From positions 1-61,552 of IMG/VR virus record IMGVR_UViG_3300027706_000010: a stretch of 61,552 nt of DNA. One strand, given 5' to 3'. Below are positions 17,955-28,200 of this stretch, one piece after another. A program made the translations under genes and the position numbers. The first letter of the stretch is position 1; each line of letters starts with the position of its first letter. The notes below the pieces were generated by a model. The model was not told the origin of the DNA. It ran no database searches and was given only the letters and a program-made list of their open reading frames with translations. The DNA comes from a virus. Taxonomy: Duplodnaviria; Caudoviricetes.

Positions 17955-19019
17955 ATGGCAATTGCAGCCGGGACGGTCACACTTGCCGATTACGCTCAGA
18001 TGAGCAATAGTCCGCTTGTGCAGGCCGTTACCTATTCGCTTATCTTGTATAGCAACGTCTTGCAAGATGTTCCTCTGATCGAGAAGAAATCCCTCATCAT
18101 TAATGGTGCGCGCTTCGAGGGCAACCTGCCGACGGTCAACTGGTCGCAGTTGAACGCCGAAGGTGTGACCACCAAAGGCACGCCTACCGCTTATCAGGAA
18201 CAGGCGTACATCATCCGTAACTACATTGATGTGGATAAGTTCCTGGTGGAAGAGGAAAACGCCATTGTTGATCCACGCGCGGTGCAGACTGAAGCCTACT
18301 TGAAGGCGTTGACCTATGACATGAATTACAAATTCTTCAAGAACGATCATGTCACTGGCGACCAGAACGCACCGGTCGGGATACGCTACCGCATCAATAA
18401 CGGCGGGATCTTTGGCGTTCGCCCTGAGAACCTGATTAACGCTGGTGGCCTTGATCTCACGCAGGCGACGCTTACCAACGGTACTGGCGGTCAGTGGAAC
18501 GGCAACAAACTGATCGAGTTTCTGGATCAGTTGCTCTGGTCCGTCGATAGCCCTGAAGGACAGGGTGTGGTGCTGTATATGAACGAAGTTATGCGGCGCC
18601 GCCTGACCTTTGCCGTTCGACAATTGGGCACCTCCGGTGGTTTCAGCGTGATGCAGGATCAGTTTGGGCGCTCGATTGAGATGTACAAAGGTGCGATCAT
18701 TCGTGATCCGGGCTACCGCGCCGATCAGCAGACGCGTATCATTCTTGGTCCACCGGCCGCCTCTATCCCCAACCAGTACGGTGAGGATGCCAATGGCAAT
18801 GACACCACCAACAACACCTCTCCGCTTTACACCTCGATCTATGCTGTGAATTTCGACACGGACCATTTTATGGGCTGGCAGTTCGCGCCGCCGAACGTGC
18901 AGGATCTTGGTCTGATCTATAACGGTGTGATTTACAGAACGCTGATCGATTGGGCCGTAGGCTTCAACAATGCTTCGACGCGTTCGCTTGGGCGTCTGTA
19001 CGGCATCAAGATCGCATAA
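17955..19019 (+). CDS. Major capsid protein
   Basis: TLADYA start, IDVDKFL, TSIYAV, YRTLIDW..G....RL.GI; follows scaffold. Confidence 0.85.
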   Translation: MAIAAGTVTLADYAQMSNSPLVQAVTYSLILYSNVLQDVPLIEKKSLIINGARFEGNLPTVNWSQLNAEGVTTKGTPTAYQEQAYIIRNYIDVDKFLVEEENAIVDPRAVQTEAYLKALTYDMNYKFFKNDHVTGDQNAPVGIRYRINNGGIFGVRPENLINAGGLDLTQATLTNGTGGQWNGNKLIEFLDQLLWSVDSPEGQGVVLYMNEVMRRRLTFAVRQLGTSGGFSVMQDQFGRSIEMYKGAIIRDPGYRADQQTRIILGPPAASIPNQYGEDANGNDTTNNTSPLYTSIYAVNFDTDHFMGWQFAPPNVQDLGLIYNGVIYRTLIDWAVGFNNASTRSLGRLYGIKIA

Positions 19020-19028
19020 GGAGGCACG

Positions 19029-19229
19029 ATGATGAACCAGGATGAACTGACTGCCCTGCGCAGTCAGGCTGATGCCGTTCATAATCAGGACGTGCATTTA
19101 GGCCGCTTCCTGCACAGCTTGATTGACCATCTTGCGCGGCTTTCCTCGCCTGCGATTGTGGCAAAAGAAGATGATACCTCGCCGAAGCTGAAAGCGGTGG
19201 CGAAAGGAGATATTACCAATGCCAACTGA
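19029..19229 (+). CDS. Hypothetical protein
   Basis: AAGGAGG RBS. Confidence 0.5.
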   Translation: MMNQDELTALRSQADAVHNQDVHLGRFLHSLIDHLARLSSPAIVAKEDDTSPKLKAVAKGDITNAN

Positions 19230-19611
19230 TGCCCTGCTTGCTCTTCAGGCAAGCGTTACGAAGACGGCGACCTTTAACGGCGCCGCGCTCATCCTTCCAA
19301 CTGGCACGCCGCGCCGGGGACTTAAGGCGCGTGTGATTTATAGCGCCGCCGCGAATGCCAGTGGGAGCAACACCGTTGTTTTTTCCATTGACGTAAGCTA
19401 CGACGGCGGCTCGACCTGGAATAGCGATTTTCTTGCTCCGCCAATTACGCTTTCGACAACGGCGCAAAGTGGTGAGATTGCGATCCCGTTTGAGATTTCG
19501 CCAACCAGCGTTATCAATGGCACGCAGATTCGGCTGACGGCTACCATTGCTGGATCAGGTACGTCGCCGACGATCACCTACCAGGGCGATATTATGCTTG
19601 GGCGTCCGTAA
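19219..19611 (+). CDS. Beta-rich virion protein (possible capsid decoration)
   Basis: S/T/G-rich, immediately after MCP. Confidence 0.5.
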   Translation: MPTDALLALQASVTKTATFNGAALILPTGTPRRGLKARVIYSAAANASGSNTVVFSIDVSYDGGSTWNSDFLAPPITLSTTAQSGEIAIPFEISPTSVINGTQIRLTATIAGSGTSPTITYQGDIMLGRP

Positions 19612-19660
19612 TCTGGTTGGTATGGTCCGTTGAATTGTTCGTTGAAAGGAAGCGCATACA

Positions 19661-20272
19661 ATGGCAGTCAGATCCAGCATGGCGGCGCTCATTGCCCGTG
19701 TGCGCCTGCTCATCAATGATACGCTGCCACAAGGATCAGGTCAGATCTGGTCGGATCAAACGATCCAGGATGTGATGGATGAGAGCCGTGAGGACCTGAT
19801 GAATGTCGTGCTCACGCCGAAGCCAACATTTACTGGCTCAACGATCCAATTTCTTGATTACTACTACGAGCTTGGTGGATGGGAGGATGATTATGTTATC
19901 AAGCAATACCTGGTCAATCCCGTCACCCCGGCAACATCCGAGCCGATAGCGGCGCACTGGCAATTTGCGCAGACCACGCTTCCTCCACTGTATATCAGTG
20001 GCAAGCTTTACGATGTGTACCGTTCGGCAGCCGATCTTTTAGAGCGGCAGGCAGCGCAATGGGCGCTTTCCTACAACATCAGTGTCGATGGACAAAATTT
20101 GCAGCGCAGTCAGGCCGCCGTTGCTTTGCAAAATCTGGCAAAGACCTATCGCATGAAGCAGCGAGCGCGCACCATAAGCCTGATTCGTACTGACCAGAAC
20201 AGGATGGGGACACTCGCAGCCGCGCTTGGAGCGCAAGAAATCGACTATATGGGTTCAGGTGATGGGAGATGA
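19661..20272 (+). CDS. Head-tail adaptor
   Basis: RVRLLIND, YDVYRSAADLLE; position. Confidence 0.6.
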   Translation: MAVRSSMAALIARVRLLINDTLPQGSGQIWSDQTIQDVMDESREDLMNVVLTPKPTFTGSTIQFLDYYYELGGWEDDYVIKQYLVNPVTPATSEPIAAHWQFAQTTLPPLYISGKLYDVYRSAADLLERQAAQWALSYNISVDGQNLQRSQAAVALQNLAKTYRMKQRARTISLIRTDQNRMGTLAAALGAQEIDYMGSGDGR

Positions 20273-20634
20273 ATTCGATTACAGCCTCAGAACTGGCGCA
20301 AATCCAGGCGGATGCGGCACAGGCCGCGTGCGATCAGCCCTGCATAATCCAGCGTGCCAATCGCACGCCAGAAGGACAGGGCGGCGCGACAACCGTCTGG
20401 AATACGGTCACGACCTGTCTGGCTGGAATGAGCCAGCCAACCGCCAGCCAGTTGCAGAACTTTGATTATCTGATTGGCTCAATGGCAGTCTGGCAGGTGA
20501 AGCTGCCAATTGGCACGCCGGTAGAAGAATTGGATCATCTCATCATTGCCGGGCAAACGCTGGAAGTCGTGAAGGATCTCACGCCGCGTAGTTATCCAGC
20601 GCTCATAACGGTGCTGGCAAGCGAGGTGCTTTGA
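20269..20634 (+). CDS. Head closure protein
   Basis: Size, position, IQR....GQGG...W motif. Confidence 0.6.
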   Translation: MNSITASELAQIQADAAQAACDQPCIIQRANRTPEGQGGATTVWNTVTTCLAGMSQPTASQLQNFDYLIGSMAVWQVKLPIGTPVEELDHLIIAGQTLEVVKDLTPRSYPALITVLASEVL

Positions 20635-21080
20635 TGGCTGATCCGGCGGGTGCGGTCCAGGCATCGGTCATCGCCAGATTGCGCGGGGATGCCACCTTGC
20701 AAGGACTGATGACGGGCGCGTCATCGCCAGAATGGAACATCTACGATCAGGGTGGCAGTGGCGCGAACGTGCCACTGTGGCCGTATGTGTTTATCCACCC
20801 GATCACGACTCAACTCGGTGAAATTTTTGCGATGGGAATGGATTCGATGGATGTGTTCTTGCAGGTGTCGGTCTTTACACAGGGAGAAGGGTTTGCCCAG
20901 GCGCGCGCGATAGCTGCGCGCTGCTATGCTCTTCTGCATGGCCCGCTTGCTGGTGCCTTGAGTGTGACAGGGTTTACCAACGTGCTCACGCTCTTTGCGA
21001 ACAGACAGGAGCTTGAAGAGGTGCATGATCGATTAGTTCAGCATATTGTTGACAGATACAAGGTGGTGATAGCTGGATGA
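20631..21080 (+). CDS. Tail terminator (DUF3168-like)
   Basis: RLRGDATL, IYD, PYV, LQVSVF, ALLH. Confidence 0.65.
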   Translation: MMADPAGAVQASVIARLRGDATLQGLMTGASSPEWNIYDQGGSGANVPLWPYVFIHPITTQLGEIFAMGMDSMDVFLQVSVFTQGEGFAQARAIAARCYALLHGPLAGALSVTGFTNVLTLFANRQELEEVHDRLVQHIVDRYKVVIAG

Positions 21081-21421
21081 GTGTCACGATTTCGGGGCAG
21101 GCTCAGGTTCTTGCGGCAATGAATCTGGCCGTTGCCGGGTTGACCGATGCCACAGATAGAGCTATTCAGAGTGCCGGTCTTGCCTGTGAGGCGGATGCAA
21201 AGGGGCGATGCCCGGTGGATACGGGTCGGCTCAGAGCGAGCATCGAATACCAGAGGACGGGCCTGTGTGAATGTCAGGTCGGGACGAATGTGTCCTATGC
21301 GCCCTACGTCGAACTGGGGCATCATACGCGTTCCGGGTCGTGGGTGCCCGCGCAGCCATTTCTGTTCCCGGCCTATGCGCAGGCCGTGTCTGACTTAAAA
21401 GATACTCTTGTGAAATTGTAA
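21077..21421 (+). CDS. HK97 gp10-like tail component
   Basis: CPVDTGRLRASI, YAPYVELG, AQPFLFPA. Confidence 0.85.
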   Translation: MSVTISGQAQVLAAMNLAVAGLTDATDRAIQSAGLACEADAKGRCPVDTGRLRASIEYQRTGLCECQVGTNVSYAPYVELGHHTRSGSWVPAQPFLFPAYAQAVSDLKDTLVKL

Positions 21422-21490
21422 ATCGTGTATTTCCTCCTGAGTACCTTGCCCGGCAGAATATTCAGGAGGGGATGATAGGAGAAAAAATCT

Positions 21491-21886
21491 ATGGCCGCCG
21501 TTGCTGGCTATCTTGGTACGCTCAAACTTGGGGCAAGCGGGGGCGCCAATACCGTCGCCAACGTGAAAGACTGGGAAATTCCGCTTGCCGCTGATATGTA
21601 CGATGTTTCCGCACTTGGCAACCAGTGGAAAGCCTATATTCCTGGCCTCACGGGCGCCTCCGCGAAGGCTACCGTGTTCTGGGACACCACCGATACCAAT
21701 GGGCAAGTCGCGATTCAGAACGCTTTTCTTGCAGGGACGCAACTGACCGCCAATTTCTGGCTGAATGGCACGCACTATTATTCGTCGGCCTGCTATATCA
21801 AGCAGATTGATATTAAGGTGGCAGTCAATGCTGCTGAGGAAGCATCGCTTGACCTGCAACTGACCGGCCCAATCAGCTACACCTAA
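21491..21886 (+). CDS. Tail tube protein
   Basis: WKAYIPGL motif, acidic beta-rich; precedes chaperone and TMP. Confidence 0.75.
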   Translation: MAAVAGYLGTLKLGASGGANTVANVKDWEIPLAADMYDVSALGNQWKAYIPGLTGASAKATVFWDTTDTNGQVAIQNAFLAGTQLTANFWLNGTHYYSSACYIKQIDIKVAVNAAEEASLDLQLTGPISYT

Positions 21887-21909
21887 ACCTTGCAAGGGAG
21901 GATACGATT

Positions 21910-22569
21910 ATGACCGCTCTTGCCGGGTATGTGGGAAGCGTGCTTATCACGAGCACGCCGAATGTGGCGCTGACCAATGAGGTGCTGACCGATGCGGGGG
22001 ATCATCAGACCTTTAATGAGCCGACAGCGAGCAAGCGTTACTGGGACCGCACGGCCTCATTCACCGTGCAGACGGCGCCCGACGGTGTCACCTGGACCAC
22101 GGCCACGCCCGGCACGTATACCATTCGCTACGTCACCGGGCAGGTAGTTTTCAATACGCCCGTCAGTGGTGCGACGCCCTCCTGCCGCATTAGTAGCGGA
22201 GCGTACCTGCCCTATTCGACGCTTGGGCAGGGCAAGGACTGGGAATGTATCCCGGCAATGGATATGCTTGACAGCACAACCTTGCAGGGATATGGTGGCT
22301 CGCACTGGAAGACCTATGTCCCCTCGCTGCAGGGCGCCAGCATCAAACTGACACGATTCTGGGCTGACTCGACCTTCTGGACTATCCTGCAAAATACACC
22401 TACCAATCTGCTGATTGTTTCGCTGGTGACAGGTCGTACCAGCACCGGGGACCGGTACGAGGGCTATGCGCGTGTGAAGCAGGATGACATCAAATTGTCC
22501 GTTTCTGCTCTGGTAGAGGAAGGCTTGGATATGGATATCGATGGGCAGCTTTACTACTTTGCCAATTAG
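21910..22569 (+). CDS. Second tail-tube paralog with inserted domain
   Basis: Shares AGY.G, KDWE, DM.D and WK.Y.P.L.GAS.K motifs with 21491-21886. Confidence 0.65.
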   Translation: MTALAGYVGSVLITSTPNVALTNEVLTDAGDHQTFNEPTASKRYWDRTASFTVQTAPDGVTWTTATPGTYTIRYVTGQVVFNTPVSGATPSCRISSGAYLPYSTLGQGKDWECIPAMDMLDSTTLQGYGGSHWKTYVPSLQGASIKLTRFWADSTFWTILQNTPTNLLIVSLVTGRTSTGDRYEGYARVKQDDIKLSVSALVEEGLDMDIDGQLYYFAN

Positions 22570-22590
22570 GCAGGATGAAAGGACACACGG

Positions 22591-23117
22591 ATGAATGCTC
22601 AGGATGCGCGAAATTACATTTATAGCCAGCCAGCCAAGCAGCAGGATGTTGCCACGCCATTCTGGCCGAAATTGGATGGCAAACTGGCGCTGCGCGATGT
22701 GCCGTCGGATGTGCTGACGCAGCTTTCGACCAGCATCAAAGATCCGATGTTGGTGAGTGCCGCGATGCTCTGTAAATCTTTGATCCTCAAGGAGACAGGG
22801 GAGCAACTCTTTCCCGATACCGATAGAGAGCAGGTTGCTCAACTTGGGGCCACCATGCTCACACCGATCATCACGCAGATGACGCAATTCTTCGGCTTTT
22901 CCGGCAATGTGGATATGGACACGCTAAAAAAAATCTCAGAAATGAGCCTGAACGGCTCTGGTGGCATGTCCTCTGTGAAAGAAGCCTCCATTGTTCCGTA
23001 GCTGAGGCGCGTAATCGTGTGGGGCGAGCCGAATTTCTGGACTGGATGGCCTATTTCATGATCCAGCAGGAAGAGGAAGAGAAAGCGATTGAGCAGGCAA
23101 AGCGAAAGGCGCGCTAG
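22591..23117 (+). CDS. Tail assembly chaperone gpG (stop 23001) and -1 frameshift product gpGT (stop 23117)
   Basis: Slippery A-AAA-AAA at 22926-22932; -1 frame open to TAG 23115-17, encoding ...EFLDWMAYF... Confidence 0.85.
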
Positions 23118-23120
23118 CGT

Positions 23121-25274
23121 ATGACCGATCTTGGCACCCTGGTTGTCAAATTTCAAGCGGATCTTTCAGGTCTCAAACGTGGGACGGAGGAAGCGCAGAA
23201 TACGGTGCAGAGCGCTGCTGGCAGTATCGCCAAAGTAGCGGGCGCCGGGCTGCTCATCGCGGGCGCAGCGGCGGTAGCGTTCGGTGTCTCCTCGGTGAAG
23301 GCGGCGGCTGATTTTCAATCGGGCATGACCACGCTGGTCACGGGTGCCGGTGAGGCACAGAAAAATATCAAGATGGTGTCAGACGGCATTCTCTCGCTCG
23401 CCCAATCCACTGGTACCAGTACGCAGCAGCTTACGGCTGGTATGTACATGATCGAGAGTGCGGGCTTTCATGGCGCGGATGCCTTGCAGGTCTTACAGGC
23501 CGCCGCGCAGGGCGCGAAAGTTGGCAACGCCGATTTAGGCACTGTTGCCAACGCGACTACGACGATCATGAAAGATTTTGCCTCACAGGGTGTCACAGCG
23601 TCTCAGGCTGTCAATACGCTGGTGGCAACGGTTGCCAGTGGCAAGACGACGATGCAAGATCTGGCCGCTTCGCTTTCTCAAGTACTGCCGACGGCTTCGG
23701 CGGCGCATGTTGGCTTAAATGGTGTGATGGCAGCAATGGCGACCATGACTGGCGAAGGCGTTCCTGCTGCCGATGCCGCGACCTATTTACGCCAGACGTT
23801 GATGTCGCTATCTAATCCCTCTACGGCGGCTCAGACGGCGCTGAAAAGTGTCGGGTTGTCAGCCGATCAAGTTTCCGCTGAACTCCATAAATCCTTGCCG
23901 GGCGCGATCCAGATGATTGCCGATGCCGTCGGCAAGAAATTCCCAGAAGGGTCATCAGCCTGGATGAAGGCTATGACCGATATTGCCGGTGGAGCGAAGC
24001 AGATGCAAGGCATGCTGGACCTTACGGGTTCGCATCTCCAAGATTTTATCGCTAACGCCGGGGGCATTGCTGATGCCGTGAAAAAAGGTGGCTCCTCGAT
24101 TACGGGCTGGTCCAAAGTGCAGGAGGACTTTAATTATCAATTGGATCGAGCCAAAGAAGCGTTTGAAGTGCTGCAAATCAAGGTTGGATCCGCGCTTCTG
24201 CCCGTGCTTGGCAAGCTCATGGCGCAGGTCACGCCATTGATTACGCAATTCGGCGACTGGCTTATCAAAAGTGGCACATTGCAAGGAGCTATTAATGTCC
24301 TTGCCGGGGCTATTGGTGCGCTTGCCTCAATTGTGAGTGGGGTGGTGGGATTTTTCGCCCGCAATCAGGCAGCGTTGACTGCTTTAAAGATCGTGGGTAT
24401 TGCTGTGGCTGGCGCGATTGCGGCCACGATGGTTGTAGCTTTCTACAGTTGGGCGGTAGCTGCTGGTGCGGCGGCTATTGCCACGTTGGCCGCGACATGG
24501 CCGATTCTGGCTATAGGGGCTGTAATCGCGCTGGTTGTCGTAGGGATTGTACTGGCAATCCAGCATTGGGGCGCTATTGGACAATGGCTACAAGGTGTAT
24601 GGCAGGGGATTGGGAATTTTCTGGCAAATATCTGGCATGGCATTCAGACAGCGTTTCAGGCTGCTATCAATTTCCTGGTGAACGCGGCAAAAGTTGGGAT
24701 GGCGGTTATGCTGGTCACGATCACCGGGCCAACGGGCGTGCTGGTGCTGTTCATCATGTCACACTGGCAGCAGGTCAAGGACTGGTTTACCGGTTTCTGG
24801 GCAAGTTTGCAGCATCTCTTTCAGATGGGCATGGCGGTTATAGCCGGGATTATTCAGGGCATGACGGACACGCTCTATAATCTCTTCGTCGCGCCGTTCA
24901 TGCATGCATGGCAGACGATTTCGGGCATTTTCGATCAGATTGGGACACGGGTAAATGATCTGCTGTCCGGGAATTTCGGTGGCGCGCTTGGGGGACTCAG
25001 CATTCCTGGCTTTGCTGCTGGCGTGCAGAACTTTTCTGGTGGCCTTGCTGTTGTAGGGGAGAATGGCCCGGAGCTTGTTTCACTGCCACGTGGCGCGAAT
25101 GTGACGCCGATGACGAGCTTGAATAATCGGAGCGCCACTGTCGCGGCAGCAGGTGCGGGGACTGGTACGACGACGGTTGTCCTGCAATTGGATAGCCAGA
25201 TCGTCGCGCAAGTCGTAGCGCCACATCTGGATAGCATGGTACGCGCGAAATTCGGGCCGAGGTCTCGCGTATGA
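23121..25274 (+). CDS. Tape measure protein (TP901-like core)
   Basis: LGTLVVKFQAD start, Ala/Gly-rich helices, W repeats, terminal VGENGPE. Confidence 0.9.
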   Translation: MTDLGTLVVKFQADLSGLKRGTEEAQNTVQSAAGSIAKVAGAGLLIAGAAAVAFGVSSVKAAADFQSGMTTLVTGAGEAQKNIKMVSDGILSLAQSTGTSTQQLTAGMYMIESAGFHGADALQVLQAAAQGAKVGNADLGTVANATTTIMKDFASQGVTASQAVNTLVATVASGKTTMQDLAASLSQVLPTASAAHVGLNGVMAAMATMTGEGVPAADAATYLRQTLMSLSNPSTAAQTALKSVGLSADQVSAELHKSLPGAIQMIADAVGKKFPEGSSAWMKAMTDIAGGAKQMQGMLDLTGSHLQDFIANAGGIADAVKKGGSSITGWSKVQEDFNYQLDRAKEAFEVLQIKVGSALLPVLGKLMAQVTPLITQFGDWLIKSGTLQGAINVLAGAIGALASIVSGVVGFFARNQAALTALKIVGIAVAGAIAATMVVAFYSWAVAAGAAAIATLAATWPILAIGAVIALVVVGIVLAIQHWGAIGQWLQGVWQGIGNFLANIWHGIQTAFQAAINFLVNAAKVGMAVMLVTITGPTGVLVLFIMSHWQQVKDWFTGFWASLQHLFQMGMAVIAGIIQGMTDTLYNLFVAPFMHAWQTISGIFDQIGTRVNDLLSGNFGGALGGLSIPGFAAGVQNFSGGLAVVGENGPELVSLPRGANVTPMTSLNNRSATVAAAGAGTGTTTVVLQLDSQIVAQVVAPHLDSMVRAKFGPRSRV

Positions 25275-28200
25275 CTACCTCACTTTCAGTCTATGGCCTG
25301 AATGGGGCTTCGGCAACTCTCCCAGGAGCGCATACGCTTGCCACTGCCACCGGCGGTACCGGTGCGAATATCTCGACGAAAGTTGGGACGGCCACCGGGT
25401 GGGGTGAGATTCAGGGCAGCAGTAATCCCTGGGGGGCACTTGGCAGTATTGGGTCTCAAAGTGGGGGAGGCTGGCTCCTCGACAGTACGCTATTAGAGGG
25501 ACAGGAGCTTATCGCGGGGACGTGGGGCGCGTCCATCCGATTATCAACAAGTGCTGGCTCTATCACGGCCACCATTACAATGCGAGCCAGCAAATACAAT
25601 GCTACCAGCGCAACCTATACGACTATTGGCTCGCTCACCAGTACCAGTGTCACGATCAACACGACACTGACCACCTTTACCCTCTCCTCGGCAAATTTAC
25701 CGGCGATGATCTTTGCCACCGGTGATAAGCTCTACATCGATGTGTGGCTTGATGTTACGACGAATAGCACCGGGTCTAGTACCGCGACAATTAACTGTTC
25801 CGTATCCTCGACGACAACCGGTCTTGCCGGGCGTGTGGAGATGGATACAGCAGGCTATCAGCCCTACCGGCAAAAAGATTTTAGTTTGCGGGCACGGATC
25901 GCGCAGGCAAAAAATTTCGCGCTGCGTGCACGGGTTGCACAGACGCGGAACTGGTCTTTACGCGCTCGCGTTCAGAATGCTGCCAATAGCCGTGCCAAAG
26001 ATTTCGCGCTACGCGTCAGAATCGCGCAATCAAAAGATTTTCGGCTGCGTGCCAGATTAGCGCAATCAAAAGATTTTAAGATGCGCGCCAGACTGGCCCG
26101 TGCGAAAGATTTCGCGCTGCGGGCTGCTATCCAGTCACCGGGTGTGCTGGCTACCGACACGTTTATTCGGGTTAATCAGTCAGGATGGGGCATTGCCAGT
26201 GACGGGGAAACGTGGGCCTATATTGACGGCAGTCAGGCATCGAGCATCGTGAGTGATGCCGGGCAAATCACCAGAGGCACCGGCTCAGCGCTGTTTGTGC
26301 TTGGCAGCAAGACGGCTGCCGCTGTCGATCTCAAAATTCGGGCATACATCACCGGCGCCGCCGGGGACCGCATGGGCGTGCTTGCCCGACTGCAAAACAC
26401 CACCACGTATTATCGGATGGCCTGGGAGGGTGGCGGCAATCTCAAGATCGAGAAGAGCCTGGCCGATACCGTGACAACGCTGGCCTCAAGCGCGTACAGC
26501 GTCACCTCACTGCAGTATTACTGGATACGCGCGCAGATTTATGATGTGGCCTCCGGTACACAGATCAACGCGAAAATCTGGCAGGATGGCACAACAGAGC
26601 CGTCCAGTTGGACGGTGACGACCACCGACATCAATCCGCTCACCGGCGCCGGGCAATTTGGCGTCTATCTCTTTACCGGCTCATCGTCCAATGTCGTCTC
26701 CGTCAACAATTTTACCGCGCTCTCGCTCACCAATCCGCGTGACTTTGCCTTGCGAGCACGTATCGGCGGGCGTGGCCTGCAAGATATTGCGCTGCGAGCA
26801 CGAGTGGGCGGCTTCCCACACTGGAAAGATTACGCGCTGCGCGCCCGAATGCGGGGCCTGGGCATCCGTGATTTCGCGCTGCGAGCAAGTCTGGACAATG
26901 CCGTCATCGCGCTGCCTGCCTACACGCCCGGTGCACTTTCTGTGACGATCAGTGGCACGACCTACCCGATTCTGGAAGGCTCGCTCAAGATCAGCGAGGA
27001 TATCACCGGACGCTCAACCTGCTCGTTCACCCTGCTCGACCCCACCGGTAACGTGCATTTTCGTTTTCGGCAGCCAGTTATCGTCACGCACAGTCAGCGC
27101 GGCCAACTTTTCCGAGGCTTTGTCGATACGCCGCAAGAACAAAATTTGCCACCCAATACAGCCAATGAGATTCAGATATCATGCATCGATGAGCACTGGC
27201 TAGCTGACAAACGCGCCTACGAGGGAGATGAATTCGTCAACCAGTATGCCGGTGATATTGCCACGTTCTATGCGCAAGAGCTTGCCCAGGATGGTGTATC
27301 GCAAGGCTACGCCATTGACCATGACACGACTCAGGCTGATTTTAGTGACGGCACGCTTTCAAATGTGGTCGCAGCGGCCAATATTGGCTCGACAAACATT
27401 GGAGATGGTGATCTGGAACTTGCGCCAGCCGGGACGGCACTCACCATCTTAGAAGGGACGCTCGGTGACTTTTTAAGTGGCACGCTGACAAACACGCAGG
27501 CCAATGGCCTCTATGGTCCTGATCTGAATAGTGCAGGCTATCTGAGCTTGCAGGTTCAAAATGGCATCAAATTGACCGGCAGCGCGACGATTGCGGGTGG
27601 GGGCAATCTCTATTCCTATGTCAAGATCTGGCAAGGGAGCTACACGATCCAATCCGGGGACGCGCTTTCGTATCGTGTGTGGATTGCCTCGACATCTCCT
27701 GAAATCAAAAGTGCCGTAGATATCGTCTTCACGGATGGCTCGACCTTGCGCGACTCGTCCTGTATCGATCAGCAGGGTATTGGCGCACACCCCAACAATG
27801 ATCTGTCCTTCTTTGCCTCAGACCAGTGGTATACGCGTAACATTCCCCTTGCATCTCTCGCAGGCAAAACAACGGCGTATGTGACCGTGGCGTTCGAAGG
27901 AGATAGCACCGGGGACTATGCCGCGTATTTTGAAAACATTCAGCTTGGCAGTACGACAATTTTTAACGGCAGCCGCTTAAATGTCTCGCCAGCGCAACAG
28001 ATGCAAAATGCTGGCTATACCAATGTACAGGTCGTGGTACAAGGCTTATTTGAAAAGACAGGATACCGGATCTCACCGGCATACGATCTCTCTGGTGTGG
28101 TGATTGCGCGCTCCTCGCTCATTTCCTGGCAGGATACCACCACGCAAACGGACAATGGCATCTTTGCACTGGCGGCAAAAGGCGTTACCGTTACCGTCGA

